64,000 nt of DNA from Eledone cirrhosa (lineage: Eukaryota): positions 69,688,001-69,752,000 of the forward strand of contig OZ024747.1 in NCBI GenBank assembly GCA_964016885.1, written 5' to 3'. A program made the position numbers and the translations under genes. This document shows positions 1 to 12,975 of the stretch, piece by piece. Every line of letters starts with the position of its first letter. The first letter of the stretch is position 1. The notes below the pieces were generated by a model that did no database searches, was not told the origin of the DNA, and worked only from the letters and a program-made list of their open reading frames with translations.

Positions 1-802
1 AACGCAGGGATGTGGGACAATTTGCAACACATACTAGTTGATGACTGGTAACTAACAATCAAATACATTAATGCAACAAGCTATACAGCTTATTATTGTG
101 AATTACCACTTTTAAAATAGTTAATTTAAAAAGGTATATGCAGAGCTTATACATACTAGCACAAATGTTCAGTTCATATACAATAGTATTTGCAGTCTGG
201 TGGTGTTTTTCTACATTAGAAATTGCTTCCATTTTTCTTACAATATTTTAACTATTTCCCTTATGTTTTATTAAATCACAAAGAAAATGCATGTCGTATA
301 TCAACATTGCTTTTCATTATTTCAATATTCATAAAATAAGGACCTGTATACAAGTACTGACAATTTTTTCTCTCTATTTAAGCTTTAATTATAACAAATA
401 GAGTAAGAACTATAAATGGTAAACTTTTCAGTAAAGAATCTGTGACAATGTTTCCATTACAGCTTGAAATCATTTCCTCTATAGCTCTAGTGTTAGACCC
501 ATCACCAAGGGTGACTGTGTGTAGTGAGGGGTCACTGAATGGTACTTCCCCCTACATTTCACTGGTACACCATTAAATTTAGAAAATAGAATTTATAAAA
601 AACCATCATAAAATGTTTCTTTGCAAATTAGACAACCCACCCAAAATGTTCTAAAGCTGCACCAAAGCTTAATAACCATACTACTGCTGAAAACAAAAAA
701 AGCAAGAAATGAATATAATGGACACTATTTTTTCTTACTCTAAACATTTAGGGTTGTGGTTATTTAGTCCCAGATCAATCCTGATTGAGCAAACCTATGA
801 TT

Positions 803-1201
803 ATCATCATCATCATCATCACCGTTTTTACGTCCGTTCTTCCACGCTAGCATGGGTTACATGGGTTGTCCTGTTGTGGGCAGTGTCCGGTCGGCTGACC
901 TTGTCTTGCTCATATGGGAACTGATTCTGGCTTGTTTTCTACAGCTGGATGCCCTTCCTAACACCAACCTCATTTACAGTGAGTGCTGGGTGCTTTTTTG
1001 CCGTGGCACCTCCACAACCACTTTGCAGTGGAATGATAGGGACCCCAGTCCCTATCATCTCATTTCTACAGCTGAGTAAACTGGAACAATGTGAAATAAA
1101 GTGTCTTGCTCAAGGAAACAACACATCACCCGGTCCGAGAATTGAACTCACAACCTTTCGATTGCAAGCCCAATGCTCTAACCACTAAGCCATGTGCCTC
1201 C
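803..1201 (-). mobile_element. tRNA-derived SINE family 1, full length, extended 3' tail variant
   Basis: Reverse complement gives GGAGGCACATGGCTTAGTGGTTAGAGC (A box), GAGTTCAATTC (B box), CORE-like TCCTTGAGCAAGACACTTTA and a (GAT)n tail. Body matches copies at 7632 and 56672. Confidence 0.9.
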
Positions 1202-1232
1202 ACTGCAAGCCCAATGCATTATATTTATTTAA

Positions 1233-1368
1233 TCCTATGAACAACCCATCGCCAGTCCAGTCACAATGTATCTAGCATTATCCAATATACCCTTTGTGTT
1301 TAAGATAGTAGGACGGAATTTGATAAACAATTTAGCTGCTTTTCTGGCAGGTGGAGCTATTATGTAAA
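1233..1368 (-). repeat. old dispersed repeat, split by the SINE at 803-1201 (other part ~753-800)
   Basis: Diverged similarity, judged by eye, to 11300-11468, 19460-19796, 27465-27620, 58155-58340 and 63255-63415, which end in CTAAACAACAAC-like tails. Confidence 0.5.
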
Positions 1369-3821
1369 AGCTCTCATGGGTTTTATGTTTATGTAAAAAA
1401 ATCTTGTTCCTAATGATTGAGAAATCAGTAAGTTGTAATTTGATGATGTAGTCTAGAAATAGGAAGAGGAGTTTCTGAAAACTATTAGATTCTGTATGAA
1501 ATGACAGCTATATGCAGTTGGCATCAATATGGGAAATAGTAAACTGTGGTTATGATAGATATATTATTGAAGAAAACATTTCCCTTTGTTCACACAAAAT
1601 CTTCTAAACTTCAGTTACGTACCATTTCAAATTATTTAAATTTATGAAGTGCCATCTATTGTATCATTCAGTTTGAGGTCTCCAGCATTTTGATGATAGA
1701 GATATCTATTATAATGTAAAACAAACAATTTAGTTTCACACCCGGGTCTAACATGAAGAAAGGTTACAATAGCTGATGTTGGCTACAAATATCACCCAAG
1801 CTGTTTCCTCTATTATCTGCAATAGCAGTCAATAACAGATGGTTCTAAAATGAATGGAGTATAGTACTGTTAGTTGAATTCATACAGAATAGCTAGTATT
1901 TGTCTCCAGCTGTTCAAAGATTGAAGCTTTGCTTAAAACTAATAAACGTTTACTGATGTAATGCAATGTACAAGAAATTAAATTAAAAATTGTGATAGTG
2001 GAGTGTTCATTATGAAATATGCTGAACATTTCTAATGTTAACCTTTCTTTTTCATCACTTATTTTCCTGCTAAATATTATCATTGCTTTCTTGATTCCAA
2101 ATGTATTAATTTCTTGCTCAGGCACAAATCCAAATATTTAAGGCAGGGACTTTTCGGGATAATTTATCTTAAAACATTATCCAATGTGTCCTATTTTTAA
2201 AGATAGAGTAACTTTAGAGAATTTTAGAATTGGCTACTATAACAGTAGGCTGAACAAGCACTTTGAGGCCATCTCAGTGGTATGATGTAACCTTTCTTTA
2301 AGGGTGAGTAATGTAAAATCAAAGCTAAAGGTAATCATATACAAATCATTAAAGTCCTCCATAGTTGGTGATTTATCGTTTTTCATAGTTTTTAAACGGA
2401 TGAGAAATAAATTTCTCAGAGAGGGATCAAACTAACCATGGAAACTATTAATTAATTTTGCAATGCTGGCCCAATTTACAGTCCTTATGAATGAAATTTG
2501 TTAGGCAAGAACTATGTGAAAGTTTGTCTGAAAAAAACTGTTCCTCTTCATGGATTGTAAACATCTGATCATTGGGAACCCTTTGTGAGGGCTACTCAGT
2601 TGTAAGCATTCACCAAGCCTTTGGTCTGAAGATAATTTTTCCTCTTCCATCTGCCAATCTTAGAAGTCAGTGAAGAAGGTCAGGAGACTAGTATTCTTCC
2701 TTCTTTGTCTAAGTCATTAAAAACATTTCAGACCATTTATAATCTGCAGTACTTTTGGACAAATAAAAACCTTGCCTTAAAGAGTTTTCTCTGTATCCAA
2801 GAATGTAATATATTTTAAATCAAGAAATTGATGATATCTTTTCCTATATGGTTGAGAGTGCAATGTATACATTGATCTAAGATCTATTCTCACACCATGG
2901 CAAAGTACATCTCAATACTTTCTTCATGTGCCACTGTCATAAATTTCACTCCACCTAGTTTTTATCTTTCCCTTACAATGCATGTTCATATCATCTAAGA
3001 CTCTTTATTCAGATACAATTATTTACTTAATATTTCATTTTATATTGCAATTGGTAAATGATAGCATCATTGGCTAAAGTTTTCCAGCCGGCCAATCACT
3101 AGTTGATTGAATTTCAATGTGAAAAGTGTACGATGGGGGAATTAAAAGTGGGAGAGGACTGGTAGAAGGAATACACAGTTTGTAACACTCTTCATGACAG
3201 ATATAGGTGTGAGGAGGCAAGACATGGGAATGGCAGAGAAAGCTTCAAGAGATGAGTAATGAGTGGTTTAGAATATAAAGGATATTGGGGGAGTAAGAAA
3301 TGGTCAGAATTATAAAAAAAGAAGTGACTAATGCCCAGAGAAGGGATGGACAGAAATATATAATAGATGGATATAATAAATACAACAACAAAAAAAGCAA
3401 TATCTAGAAGTATTGCACATGTGCACAGTGTATGCATAACACTGCACATAGTATATACAATCATACATATACATTTAAATGTTTACATACACATACATTT
3501 AAAACAAAGCACAAATGAAACATGCCATACAACATTAAAAAGCAGATTTTGAGGGTTGAACAAATTAAAGATGGAAACAGAAACAGAGGAATGTGAGGCA
3601 TGTACTAGGGCCCAGCAAGAAAGGGTATCCAGATATTGAAAATAAAACATTGCTGTTTGTGTTTAGAAGTCATATTAGAACCAAAGGGTTGGAGAACTCC
3701 ACAGGTAGAGATTGTCAGAGGAGTGACTAATGTGACAGACTGTATTTGAGAACCTAGAGACATCCAATAAATGTTCAGAGACTGTCTCCCAAATAGCATC
3801 TTATTTCAATTAAGTATAATG

Positions 3822-4025
3822 ATTTCTAGTATATGCACAAGGCCAGTAATTTGGGGGGAGAGGAAAGTCAATTAAATCGACCCCAGTACATTACTGGCAC
3901 TTTATTTTATCAACCCTGTAAGAATGAAAGGCAAAGTTAACCTTGGCGGGATTTGAACTCAGACCATAAAGGACCGTAACTATGCTGCAAAGCATGGTGT
4001 CTGACTCTTCCAATACTGCCAATCC
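3822..4025 (-). mobile_element. tRNA-derived SINE family 2
   Basis: Reverse complement has TGGCAGTATTGG (A-box-like), GAGTTCAAATCC (B box) and AAGGTTAACTTTGCCTTTCAT. Matches 17275, 23003 and 24271. Confidence 0.85.
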
Positions 4026-4473
4026 AATACACTGTAGGCAGTGACAGCGGGAGTTTGGTTATCTTGTGTTCAGACCTGGTGTATATGTGTGTATATAAGA
4101 GAGAATGAGACTAAAAGCTGTTTCTTGTACATGTATGTTTTAAGCTGTGATTTGAACAATGGTTTGTAAATTACACAGCATATAAAATTGAAAGGACAAG
4201 TTAAAAGAAGTAATGCAAGCAGAAGCTACTGTAGTTACAAAAGAAAGTGGGTACCCTTTATGTTTGCTCATATAGGAATATCAAAATCCAGCAAACAAGA
4301 TTGAAAACAAACACAAAGAAAAAGAATGAAAATATGGGAAAATATCTCACAAAACTAATGTAATCAACAATGAAAGACAAAAGCTACAAAAGAGGAGAGA
4401 AATACTGTAGAAATATAACATAGTAATAAAATATATCCAAAATGAAAGATCTGAAACAAGGTATATTTGCTAA

Positions 4474-4700
4474 ATCTGTATATATATAAAATTAAGTATG
4501 TGTGTGTGTATTACCTATAGGGGCCTCATTCTTACGACCGATTTTCATGAAACTTTTCAGGCTCATAGATTAGTCATCGGGGAGTGTTTTCTATATATCA
4601 GCGTATCAATGTTTTATTCCGGGGTCATTCTGCAGATAAAAACCGATAGGGGGGGGGGGGGTCACCTTTTTTTAGGTATCGAAAAATAAGATTTTTGGCT
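4474..4700 (+). mobile_element. Helitron-type non-autonomous element, 5' portion
   Basis: Begins A|TCTGTATATATATAAAA followed by (TG)n and CCGATTTTCATGAAA, as in the element at 12976. No 3' end recognised. Confidence 0.45.
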
Positions 4701-5104
4701 CTAGCTCCCAGATTTTGCCAATATGACCAATACCTGAGACAAAATAATAAAACACTGAACTGGGTGAAGAAATACAAATAAATTCCCAGCATTTGCTGAA
4801 TGTTGAAACTTGATTGCGACACATTACCAAAACACTATCAGAAACCACTAAAAGCAATGATGTAGAATGCATTAAGAAACAGTAGAATGTGTGAATGTTA
4901 GGAAGAAATTATTAACCATATTGTTTCTGTCTTAGACAAAAAAGAATACACCAAGATGAATGATAAAGTTTGGCCATTCATAATTTGGAAATTACACTAA
5001 TATTATGAGCTACCAACAGAAAAGTAATGGTGGAAACATACTCTAGGAAAAAATTCAACTGAAGAGCTCCCCCTCCCCTGTCTCCTTGTTTTAGAAGTTT
5101 TCCT

Positions 5105-5322
5105 TATAGCTGGATGACCTTCTCACCAACCACCACTATAGAGAGTATAATGCATATGTTTACAATGTCACCAGCATGAGAGTAGCAGTAGTGATATTGA
5201 CACAACTGAAGAGTTCTCATATTTTTTTAGGGAGGGGGCATGATTTCTACATCTGGATGCACTTCCTATCACCAACCCCTTTGTAGGGTGTACTGGATGT
5301 ATTTTACATGACACCAGCACTA
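5105..5322 (-). repeat. two tandem degenerate fragments of the SINE family 1 middle region
   Basis: CTGGATG..CTTC....ACCAACC...CACCAGCA occurs twice about 150 bp apart and resembles the SINE body. Confidence 0.45.
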
Positions 5323-6469
5323 AGGAGTTTGTTGGTTATTGACTTAACTGAAGAGCTTTCTATACCCTATGGAGGGTTAATAGGACAGAGGGATGTAAGA
5401 AGTGTAGAGTCATGGGTGTATGGCAGGGAGGAAAATTGAGAAAATGTATTGTGGATGCATGCCAAGCGGTGGGATTTGACAGGGTGAGGGGGAAAGGTGA
5501 TCTCTGATAGTGTGTGGAGTACTATACTGTGGAGAGTAGCTACTTGAGAGTTATGAATGGTGTGTTAGGGTTTAAGAAGAATGAGGTAACCATTTAAAAT
5601 GGTTGGAGTAAGGAGTTAGGCTTTGTGTGTTAGGATTTAAGAGGGATGGTACTGGATAAAGAGGATGATACTGGATAAAGTTGGGACAGAGTGTACAATG
5701 ATGGTAAGATTAGCTACTAAGGTATAGGGGGGGGGAATAACTACCTACCTATCTACATACATATCTACCTACATACATATCTACCTACATTCATACATAC
5801 ATACCTACATTCATACATACATACCTACATACATACATATCTACCTACCTATTTATTTTTCTGTCTATCTATTTTTCTACCTACCTCTCAATCCATCTAT
5901 CTTTCTGTCTGCTTGACTATCTGTCTATAGTTATTCATTTATGTATATTTAACAATGTATCTATTTTTAGACAAAGCAAAAAAAAGCACAAATCAAAGTA
6001 GAATTCCATAGATAAATAGATAGAAGAAAATCATTGTAATTTAGTGCAAATATGTTTGATAAAGATTAAAGAAAATATGGAAGAAAATTATTTATTTAAA
6101 TTAATGTAAAATGAAGTATGATAAGAGCCAGAAGGATAAGAGGGAAAATGTGAAGAAAAATCAAGGATTCAAGCATACATAAACAAGGAATTATTAAATT
6201 AAATATTTTAATTATAAACCCCATCATTTTTGATAGTTACTATGCCTTTGTGTGTACACACACACGTCTACAAAGAAATATTAGGCTAAATTTTTAAACA
6301 TTGCTCTAAATTGGCTGCCAATCAAATGTCTAAAATGTAAATAATACTTTTCTGTTTAAGTAAATGTATAAAATACACAGATAGTGCATCTGATGTTTAA
6401 TAACAGCTTTTGTAAGTTACTTAAGTAACACTGGCTGCTGTAATATAAGTCACATTAAAGAATATTTAC

Positions 6470-6606
6470 CTGCTGTGGCATCTAGATGCTAACATCTAAA
6501 ATCCTCTGAGAAATGCAGAATCTGGTCTTTCACATGATATAAGTATGGCTTTCTCATGTCAAGGGCAGAAATTTCATCGAAAGAAACCACTCTCGCTAGT
6601 CAGAAG
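6470..6606 (-). other. candidate exon of a minus-strand host gene (mostly 5' UTR, possible start ATG CCA CAG CAG)
   Basis: Acceptor TTTTCTTGACAG and donor CAG|GTAAAT on the minus strand, in non-repeat sequence. Splice signals only. Confidence 0.3.
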
Positions 6607-7631
6607 CTGTCAAGAAAATTTCTCCATGCTTAAATGAAGCTGCATATGCATTGTTAGTCAACAATTACTTCATCTCAAATGAAACATTCACTAGTTATAT
6701 CTAGAATTAAAGCTCTTCAAAAGAACCCAGTCCACATCTGCAGTTCTTTAATATAACAATTTTCAGCTAGCTATTTCAAATCTAAGTGACTCCTTTGTTA
6801 TCTGAAGTTACTTAAGATAAGAATTCAAGTTAAAAAGCCTTGACTTGCTACATTTAAAATATCGAGGTTGACTACCTTATAAGCTAAATAGTATTTCAAT
6901 CAAACATGATAACTTTGGTGATTGTAGTTTTCTTTTGCTATAAGATTGTTCCATTTGTTCTGTTGGAAAACCTAATATCAACATCACAAATGTTTTAACC
7001 TAATTATTTTGAAATCTAAGCTTGACAGTTAATTTAAAGCATTTTGCTTCTCCTTCCCTCCCTCTATCATTTTCGCTCTCTTTATCTTTCTCACTATCTC
7101 TTCCTTTTTTCTCTCTCTCCTTAACTTCCATCATTCTTTTATATTCTACCATATATATTATTTCCAGTATGTATCCTCTCACACTTTTTCATTGTCTTGA
7201 ATTACTCCCTCTATGATATTCTCAGATCCTACTACTGCCATCTTTATTCTCTCCCTCTCATTTCCAAACTACTTTAATATAATGATGTTTTCAACTGTTA
7301 CATGCTAGTTCTACTGAATTTCCAGGTGTGGCCCTTTATTTCTGATGTTGTGTACAGTAGAATTGTGAGCATATAAAGCATTTGTTTTTACTTGTTGTCA
7401 TTGTATTCACGCTCACATACCTGTATATATGCATACGTGTATATATATATATACACATACATACTAATATATACACATTATATACATATATATATATACA
7501 AAAATATATACACTTATAAACACAACCACACATATATACACCTATTCATATATATATAAGCATATATATATATATACACATATATACATAAACATGCATA
7601 TATATATATACACACATATATATATACAAAT

Positions 7632-7978
7632 GAAAGCACATGGCTTAGTGGTTAGAGCATTGGCCTTGCAATCGAAAGGTTGTGAGTTCAATTCTCAGAC
7701 TGGGTGATGTGTTGTTTCCTTGAGCAAGACACTTTATTTCACATTGCTCCAGTTTACTCAGCTGTAGAAATGAGATGATTGGGACTGAGGTCCCTATCAT
7801 TCCACTGTAAAGTGGTCGTGGAGGTGCCACGGCAAAAAAGCACCCAGCACTCACTGTAAATGAGGTTGGTGTTAGGAAGGGCATCCAGCTGTAGAAATCA
7901 AGCCAGAATCAGTTCCCGTCCCACCCTTGCAAGCAGGGAAAAGTGGACGTAAAATGAAATGATGATGATGATGATGAT
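7632..7978 (+). mobile_element. tRNA-derived SINE family 1
   Basis: A box TGGCTTAGTGG, B box GAGTTCAATTC, tail GGACGTAAAATGAAAT(GAT)n. Sits in a TA microsatellite. Confidence 0.92.
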
Positions 7979-7984
7979 ATATAT

Positions 7985-8027
<43 letters not shown>

Positions 8028-8235
8028 CATATATACATATACGTGTTTTGCAACGGGTCACTTTGTGGCTCAATGAAAAGTTAATAAATTTAATAATCAG
8101 AGCTATATATCATAAAACATGTCTATAGAATCACCAGATAAAATATATACCATTTCCTCTCCCAATTAGCATAATTAACCATATAAAAAATCGAATAGAC
8201 CAGGCTATAAGAATAAGGCCTCTATGAAGAAATCT

Positions 8236-8467
8236 CCAACAAATAACCGAAACTAGCCCTTTGCGCTGACTGCGACGGAATATTTATCGAATATTTCGAC
8301 AGCGTAATCGCCCAGATATACAGTCAATTAAACAGAATTAGGTGTAAAATAAACTAGGAGAAAAGAGAATATATTTATTTACCTTGACCATGGTTTCGTC
8401 CGCATTTTAAGATTTCCGATAATTCCGTCGCAGCCAGCGCGAAGGGCTAGTTTCGGTTATTTGCTGG
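8236..8467. repeat. 46-bp inverted repeat (arms 8236-8281 and 8422-8467)
   Basis: CCAACAAATAACCGAAACTAGCCCTTTGCGCTGACTGCGACGGAAT versus the reverse complement of the second arm: 3 mismatches. Confidence 0.9.
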
Positions 8468-8650
8468 CCCCCACCGCATGTACAATCATTTTCTTTAGTT
8501 CATCGTGGTTTTCGGGGGTCCGTATGGCTCTGGTCCACCCGTTCCATCTATCTGTGTGGGTTTTCTATGTAAAACATGTTCAGAAAAACTTTAAACTTGA
8601 AATTTATAATTTAAAACAATGAAAAAGTTAAATCTCAAATAGTGTCCGAG
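8383..8650. promoter_or_regulatory. candidate divergent promoter / first exons
   Basis: Locally CpG-richer stretch with a minus-strand donor AAG|GTAAAT at 8383/8382 and a plus-strand donor GAG|GTATGG at 8650/8651. Confidence 0.3.
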
Positions 8651-8829
8651 GTATGGTATTTTATAAACAGGGAAAGACCTTAACCTCACCCTGAATAATG
8701 CTATAAATCTAAAATAGTGCTGTTGCGTCAAAATCTAAACTTTACCCGCCTTCTATCCAACTTTACTTCCAAGGTGGCAGCACACAAAGCTTTGTAGATG
8801 ATTTCATTATTTTTCCACTGTGATATATT

Positions 8830-9051
8830 TTAACCCTTTTGATACCAACCCAAACTGTTCTAATTTATGATACACAACTGCTTTAAAATATTAATATTTA
8901 TGCTAAAATCTATGAAAATTTTGTTAAAAAATTTTTTGTTACGTAATGTTTTAAACAGTGAAAAGGTTATCTCAAATTCTTTAAATTTTCAAAATTAATT
9001 AAGATATATAGGCAATGTACTTCATTAAAAATACGTTAACAAAAGGGTCAA
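8830..9051. mobile_element. piggyBac-like MITE (TTAA-flanked)
   Basis: TTAA-CCCTTTTG ... CAAAAGGG-TCAA termini. Diverged reverse copy at 58421-58665. Confidence 0.55.
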
Positions 9052-10081
9052 TCTATTTTTCTTGTATCATTTTTTTTTTTTACGTTCTATTTATTGTATA
9101 GATAGACCCCCGACAGTTTTATATAGAATATTTTGAATGTACGTGTGAGGTTTCTGATATTAGTTCATCAATTCTGTCCAAGAAAATCACATTTTCTGTT
9201 AAGGCTACACCAAAGATATTAATGTCACCATCAAAGCCATTGAACAAACAGAAATTTAGGAATTAATTTGTATCGTGTGCCCCAATAAACAAACAATTAG
9301 TGATACATAAATTTAACGATCAAATTTCAAATTCCAACTATCAAGTCAACACAAATACTGGAAATAAAGTTTACACAAATTAAATTTACCTACAATAAAA
9401 GAGGCAGTCAAAAAGCCAGCAACACTTCATATCCAATTTTTATTCACAGTTGTATAAATAATATTACAACTTGTTCGCAATTCTTTCAGAATGAAAATAT
9501 CACCACATAAAATAAACACAACTAACTATTGCTAGGAATCTTACAAATAAAAACCACCAAAATATACGATGAAAGCGAGAGAAAGAAACAAAAAGGAAAA
9601 ACAAAAACGACCATCAATTCACCACCAAGTGCCGCACATCATAAGAGTCAACAGAAATTGAGGCAAGCCAACACGCTCACAGCTTTACTGCGTGCGATGG
9701 TGAGGCTAAGGTGCTGAAACAACCAGGCACACTCACGGGCATAACTTCGGTAAGGTGAGCCCCCAACAAGAACTATACTGTGAGAGGCCCAACTACACCA
9801 TCAATAACCAGTGCAAAGAAACCAGGTCCTAGCGGGTCACCTTGTTGGACCCCTGAGGCAGATATGAAGAAATGGTTACCGAAGTGGCGATGGGAGGGAC
9901 CCGGATAGACTTGCCAAGCAAAGTGTTAAAGCTGAGGGGCCTTGTCCTTTAGTGAACAGAGGATGCCATCCCGACTGATGAATCTGTTGTTGAGACTATG
10001 AAAGTCGAGAACATTGATAATGGATTTCGCTTGTTCCACATGGTAAAGACAGGCTTAAGGAAATATCCTACAAAAATATAA

Positions 10082-10266
10082 CCTATATAATACTAAAACT
10101 CTGTGATTGCTTACTTGTCTGTAATGTAATACAGTCAAAAGGGTGCATAATGGGAAAATACTTTGAAAGGAAGTTGACCCTGAAATGGGGATACAAATAG
10201 AATAAAACAAGTTTCGCGTAAATCAGAGCAGCTGTTCCCAAGATACAGGGTTTTTCCGGGTACCTT

Positions 10267-10311
<45 letters not shown>

Positions 10312-10405
10312 GGATAGACAGAAAGAGATAGTTGTTGTGAGAAAATAGATTGAAAGAGTGACGGAGGATACAGAGAAGGAAAATGGAAGAGAGAACTGGT
10401 GGTGT

Positions 10406-10445
<40 letters not shown>

Positions 10446-10762
10446 TATATATATATGTATATATGTGTGTGTGTATATATATGTATGTATGTGTGTGTGT
10501 GTGTGTGTGTCTTTTACCAGTGTATATAGATCACAGAACCCCTCCACACACACACACACACTATATATATATATATATACACCCACATACATATATGTAT
10601 ACACGCATTTATATACATACGCACACGTATGTATATGGGCCTTCCAGTTTCATTTCACATTATATACATGTCTGTATATTTTAATTTTTTTTTTTAAGTG
10701 AACATAATTAAAAAAAACACATTTTAAAGTGAACGTGGCCCAACGGGTCACGGTTGGTCTAG
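10082..10762 (+). mobile_element. non-autonomous Helitron family A
   Basis: 3' hairpin CGTGGCCC-AAC-GGGTCACG then GGTCTAG|T. The 5' end reads CCTATATA (TC mutated). Homologous along its length to the minus copy at 55853-56334. Confidence 0.75.
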
Positions 10763-10851
10763 TATTAACGTTAAAACTTGACCATCGTCAAGGATTCAGT
10801 AATACATGTTGCAAGGAAAAGCTCGCGCGCGTGCGTTCTTGCGTATCCATC

Positions 10852-10896
<45 letters not shown>

Positions 10897-10904
10897 ATAT
10901 ACGG

Positions 10905-11275
10905 TGAACAGCAATATGCTTTCTCAGACTTTACTGAAGGTGTCTTAATGAAATAACGAACTATAGGAGGCATCTTCAATCAGCAACGCTTCAAAGCAAG
11001 AAATAGAATAGCATACCAAATGTTACGCTATTTGAATTATTTGCACACTCCCTACGTGACATGCAGCTCATGCTTTCGGGTTAACAATAAACAAAGTCTG
11101 AACTCATGTTTCGACCAAAGCCAGTAAATAGTCTCGAAACTCTGCCACGGATTTCTTTTGAAGGCAAAACTCTGAAGACAGTCTGTAGTTTTACATACCT
11201 TGGATCAGTGATGTAAAGTTAGACAAATAAACTGAAAAAAACGCATAGGAAAGACACATTCAGCCTTTGGTAAAT
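10905..11275 (+). pseudogene. degenerate RTE (BovB-like) LINE RT fragment
   Basis: Broken frames read YAFSDFTEGVLM..RTIGGIFNQQRFKA, AAHAFGLTINK and EGKTLKTVCSFTYLGS. Confidence 0.65.
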
Positions 11276-12044
11276 TTTAATGAAAACCAAAGCCTCTATT
11301 TGGTTGCTTGATCTTCTAGAACCAATAGCAAAATTCCTCTTAAATCACATCTTATCTTAAGAAATAATGAGGTTCTTATATATTCTTAAGAAGATGTGAC
11401 TTTAATAGCTGAAATCCATATCATCATAGGTCTGCTCAATTAGGGTAGAACTGGGTCTAATCAACAACATCCTACATGTAACTAGGTACCTGGGTTATGA
11501 ACCCCAATTGGAAATGAACTCATAATATTAACAGACGAGACTATATACTGGAACGCATTTAGCGTGGAATTCTATTTCCCTAGTCATCCCAAATCTTCTC
11601 GCTCTTCTAATTATCAGAAAAACGCCAAAGGAAATTAAACGTTGATAAAGATTCCATATTTCAGCTATAAAGCTTTGTTTGGATAGTATTTGCAGCTTGA
11701 TTGATTTTTAATCTTTTAGAAAATTGAAACATTATGTGATGTCAATTAGAATTAGGGAGAATGTAAATTTGAAGTAGTTTACCCAATTAAAGCAAATTGT
11801 GGAGAAAAAAAATTGATCGATATGTTTAGAAATATACAAATTAGTCGGATCTCTGATTCGATACTGGCTATCTTTAGGTCTTGCTTCTACTAATCTGTCT
11901 CAATTAACTTAACATTACATATTTAAACTATCATATTCCTTCATCTATAAATTCATATGTTTCACAATCGACATTCCGAATCTTCATAACAGTAAAAAGA
12001 CAACGGTGTAGTTATATTTTCTTTTTGTTATTTACATTGAATGT

Positions 12045-12200
12045 GAACATAGCTCTGTGGCTAAAGCAGTCACTTCGCAATAACGTGGTTATGGGTTCGA
12101 TACGACTGCTTTGCACTGTTGGCGCATTTAAACATACTTTTCGGTTGACCAATATCTTGAGAGTGAATTTTAGTTGACAGAAATTCTGTAGAGGCCTATC
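12045..12200 (+). mobile_element. old tRNA-derived SINE remnant
   Basis: A-box-like AGCTCTGTGG and B box GGGTTCGATAC. Confidence 0.45.
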
Positions 12201-12914
12201 ACTTATATTATATTTTATACATACTCAAAAATAGGTGTCAACTCCTACACGACTGTGTGTGTGCTGTGTGTGTGTATATATCTCCGCAGCGCCCTGATTT
12301 TCATATTTACACATATTTTTTCCTCTGCTGCTACATGTCTTTTTCGTTCTATGTATCTTTACCCTTTCTAGCAGTCTCTCTCTCTCTGTTAGCCTCTTCC
12401 TCACCCTTCACTCACTCATTCTCTGTCACTACCTCTCCTCCTCCTCTTTCTTCCCGTTTGACCTGTGTGTAATTCTTTTCTCCCGCACGCTGACCAAGCT
12501 GGTATGAATTTTTTCTCTCTCTCGTCTACGATTTCACAGAACTTATGTTTACCGAATTCTCAGACCAGACCCCTTCTTCCTCCCGTTAGACCTGTGCGAA
12601 ATTCCTTCCTTGCTCACATTTCAACCAGGTTTGATGGTCTTTATTCTCTCGTTCATGATTTCACCGAATTTAAATTCATAGAAATCTGGGACTTGTCTCT
12701 TTCTTCCTCACTTTCTGTTGCTTCACCATTTTGTTTGTTTACCCTCGCGTCCCCTTTATTTACGTGTCCCAACGTCTTTTTTTAGCCGTTGCTCGCACCA
12801 ACCGGAGGTATATTGTCTTTAAAGCGATGAAATGCCTATGATGGTTGGAAGATCACTGATGAAGGACAAACTTTTTTCATATGTAACCCATTTGCAACTC
12901 CGCAGCGCCCTTAT

Positions 12915-12954
<40 letters not shown>

Positions 12955-12975
12955 TGATTTATTTATATATATATA

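Noticed and set aside
709-1188. ORFs such as MPFLTPTSFTVSAG..., repeated at 7645 and 56685
   Set aside because: Antisense readings of SINE family 1.
7636-7710. tRNA-like sequence
   Set aside because: SINE head continuing into SINE body and tail, without a complete cloverleaf. Same for other copies.
9970-10012. CTGATGA...GAAA hammerhead-like spacing
   Set aside because: Stem II pairs poorly and there is no stem III or cleavage triplet arrangement.
9620-10062. Possible rRNA fragment because of higher GC
   Set aside because: No recognisable conserved rRNA motifs over a meaningful length.
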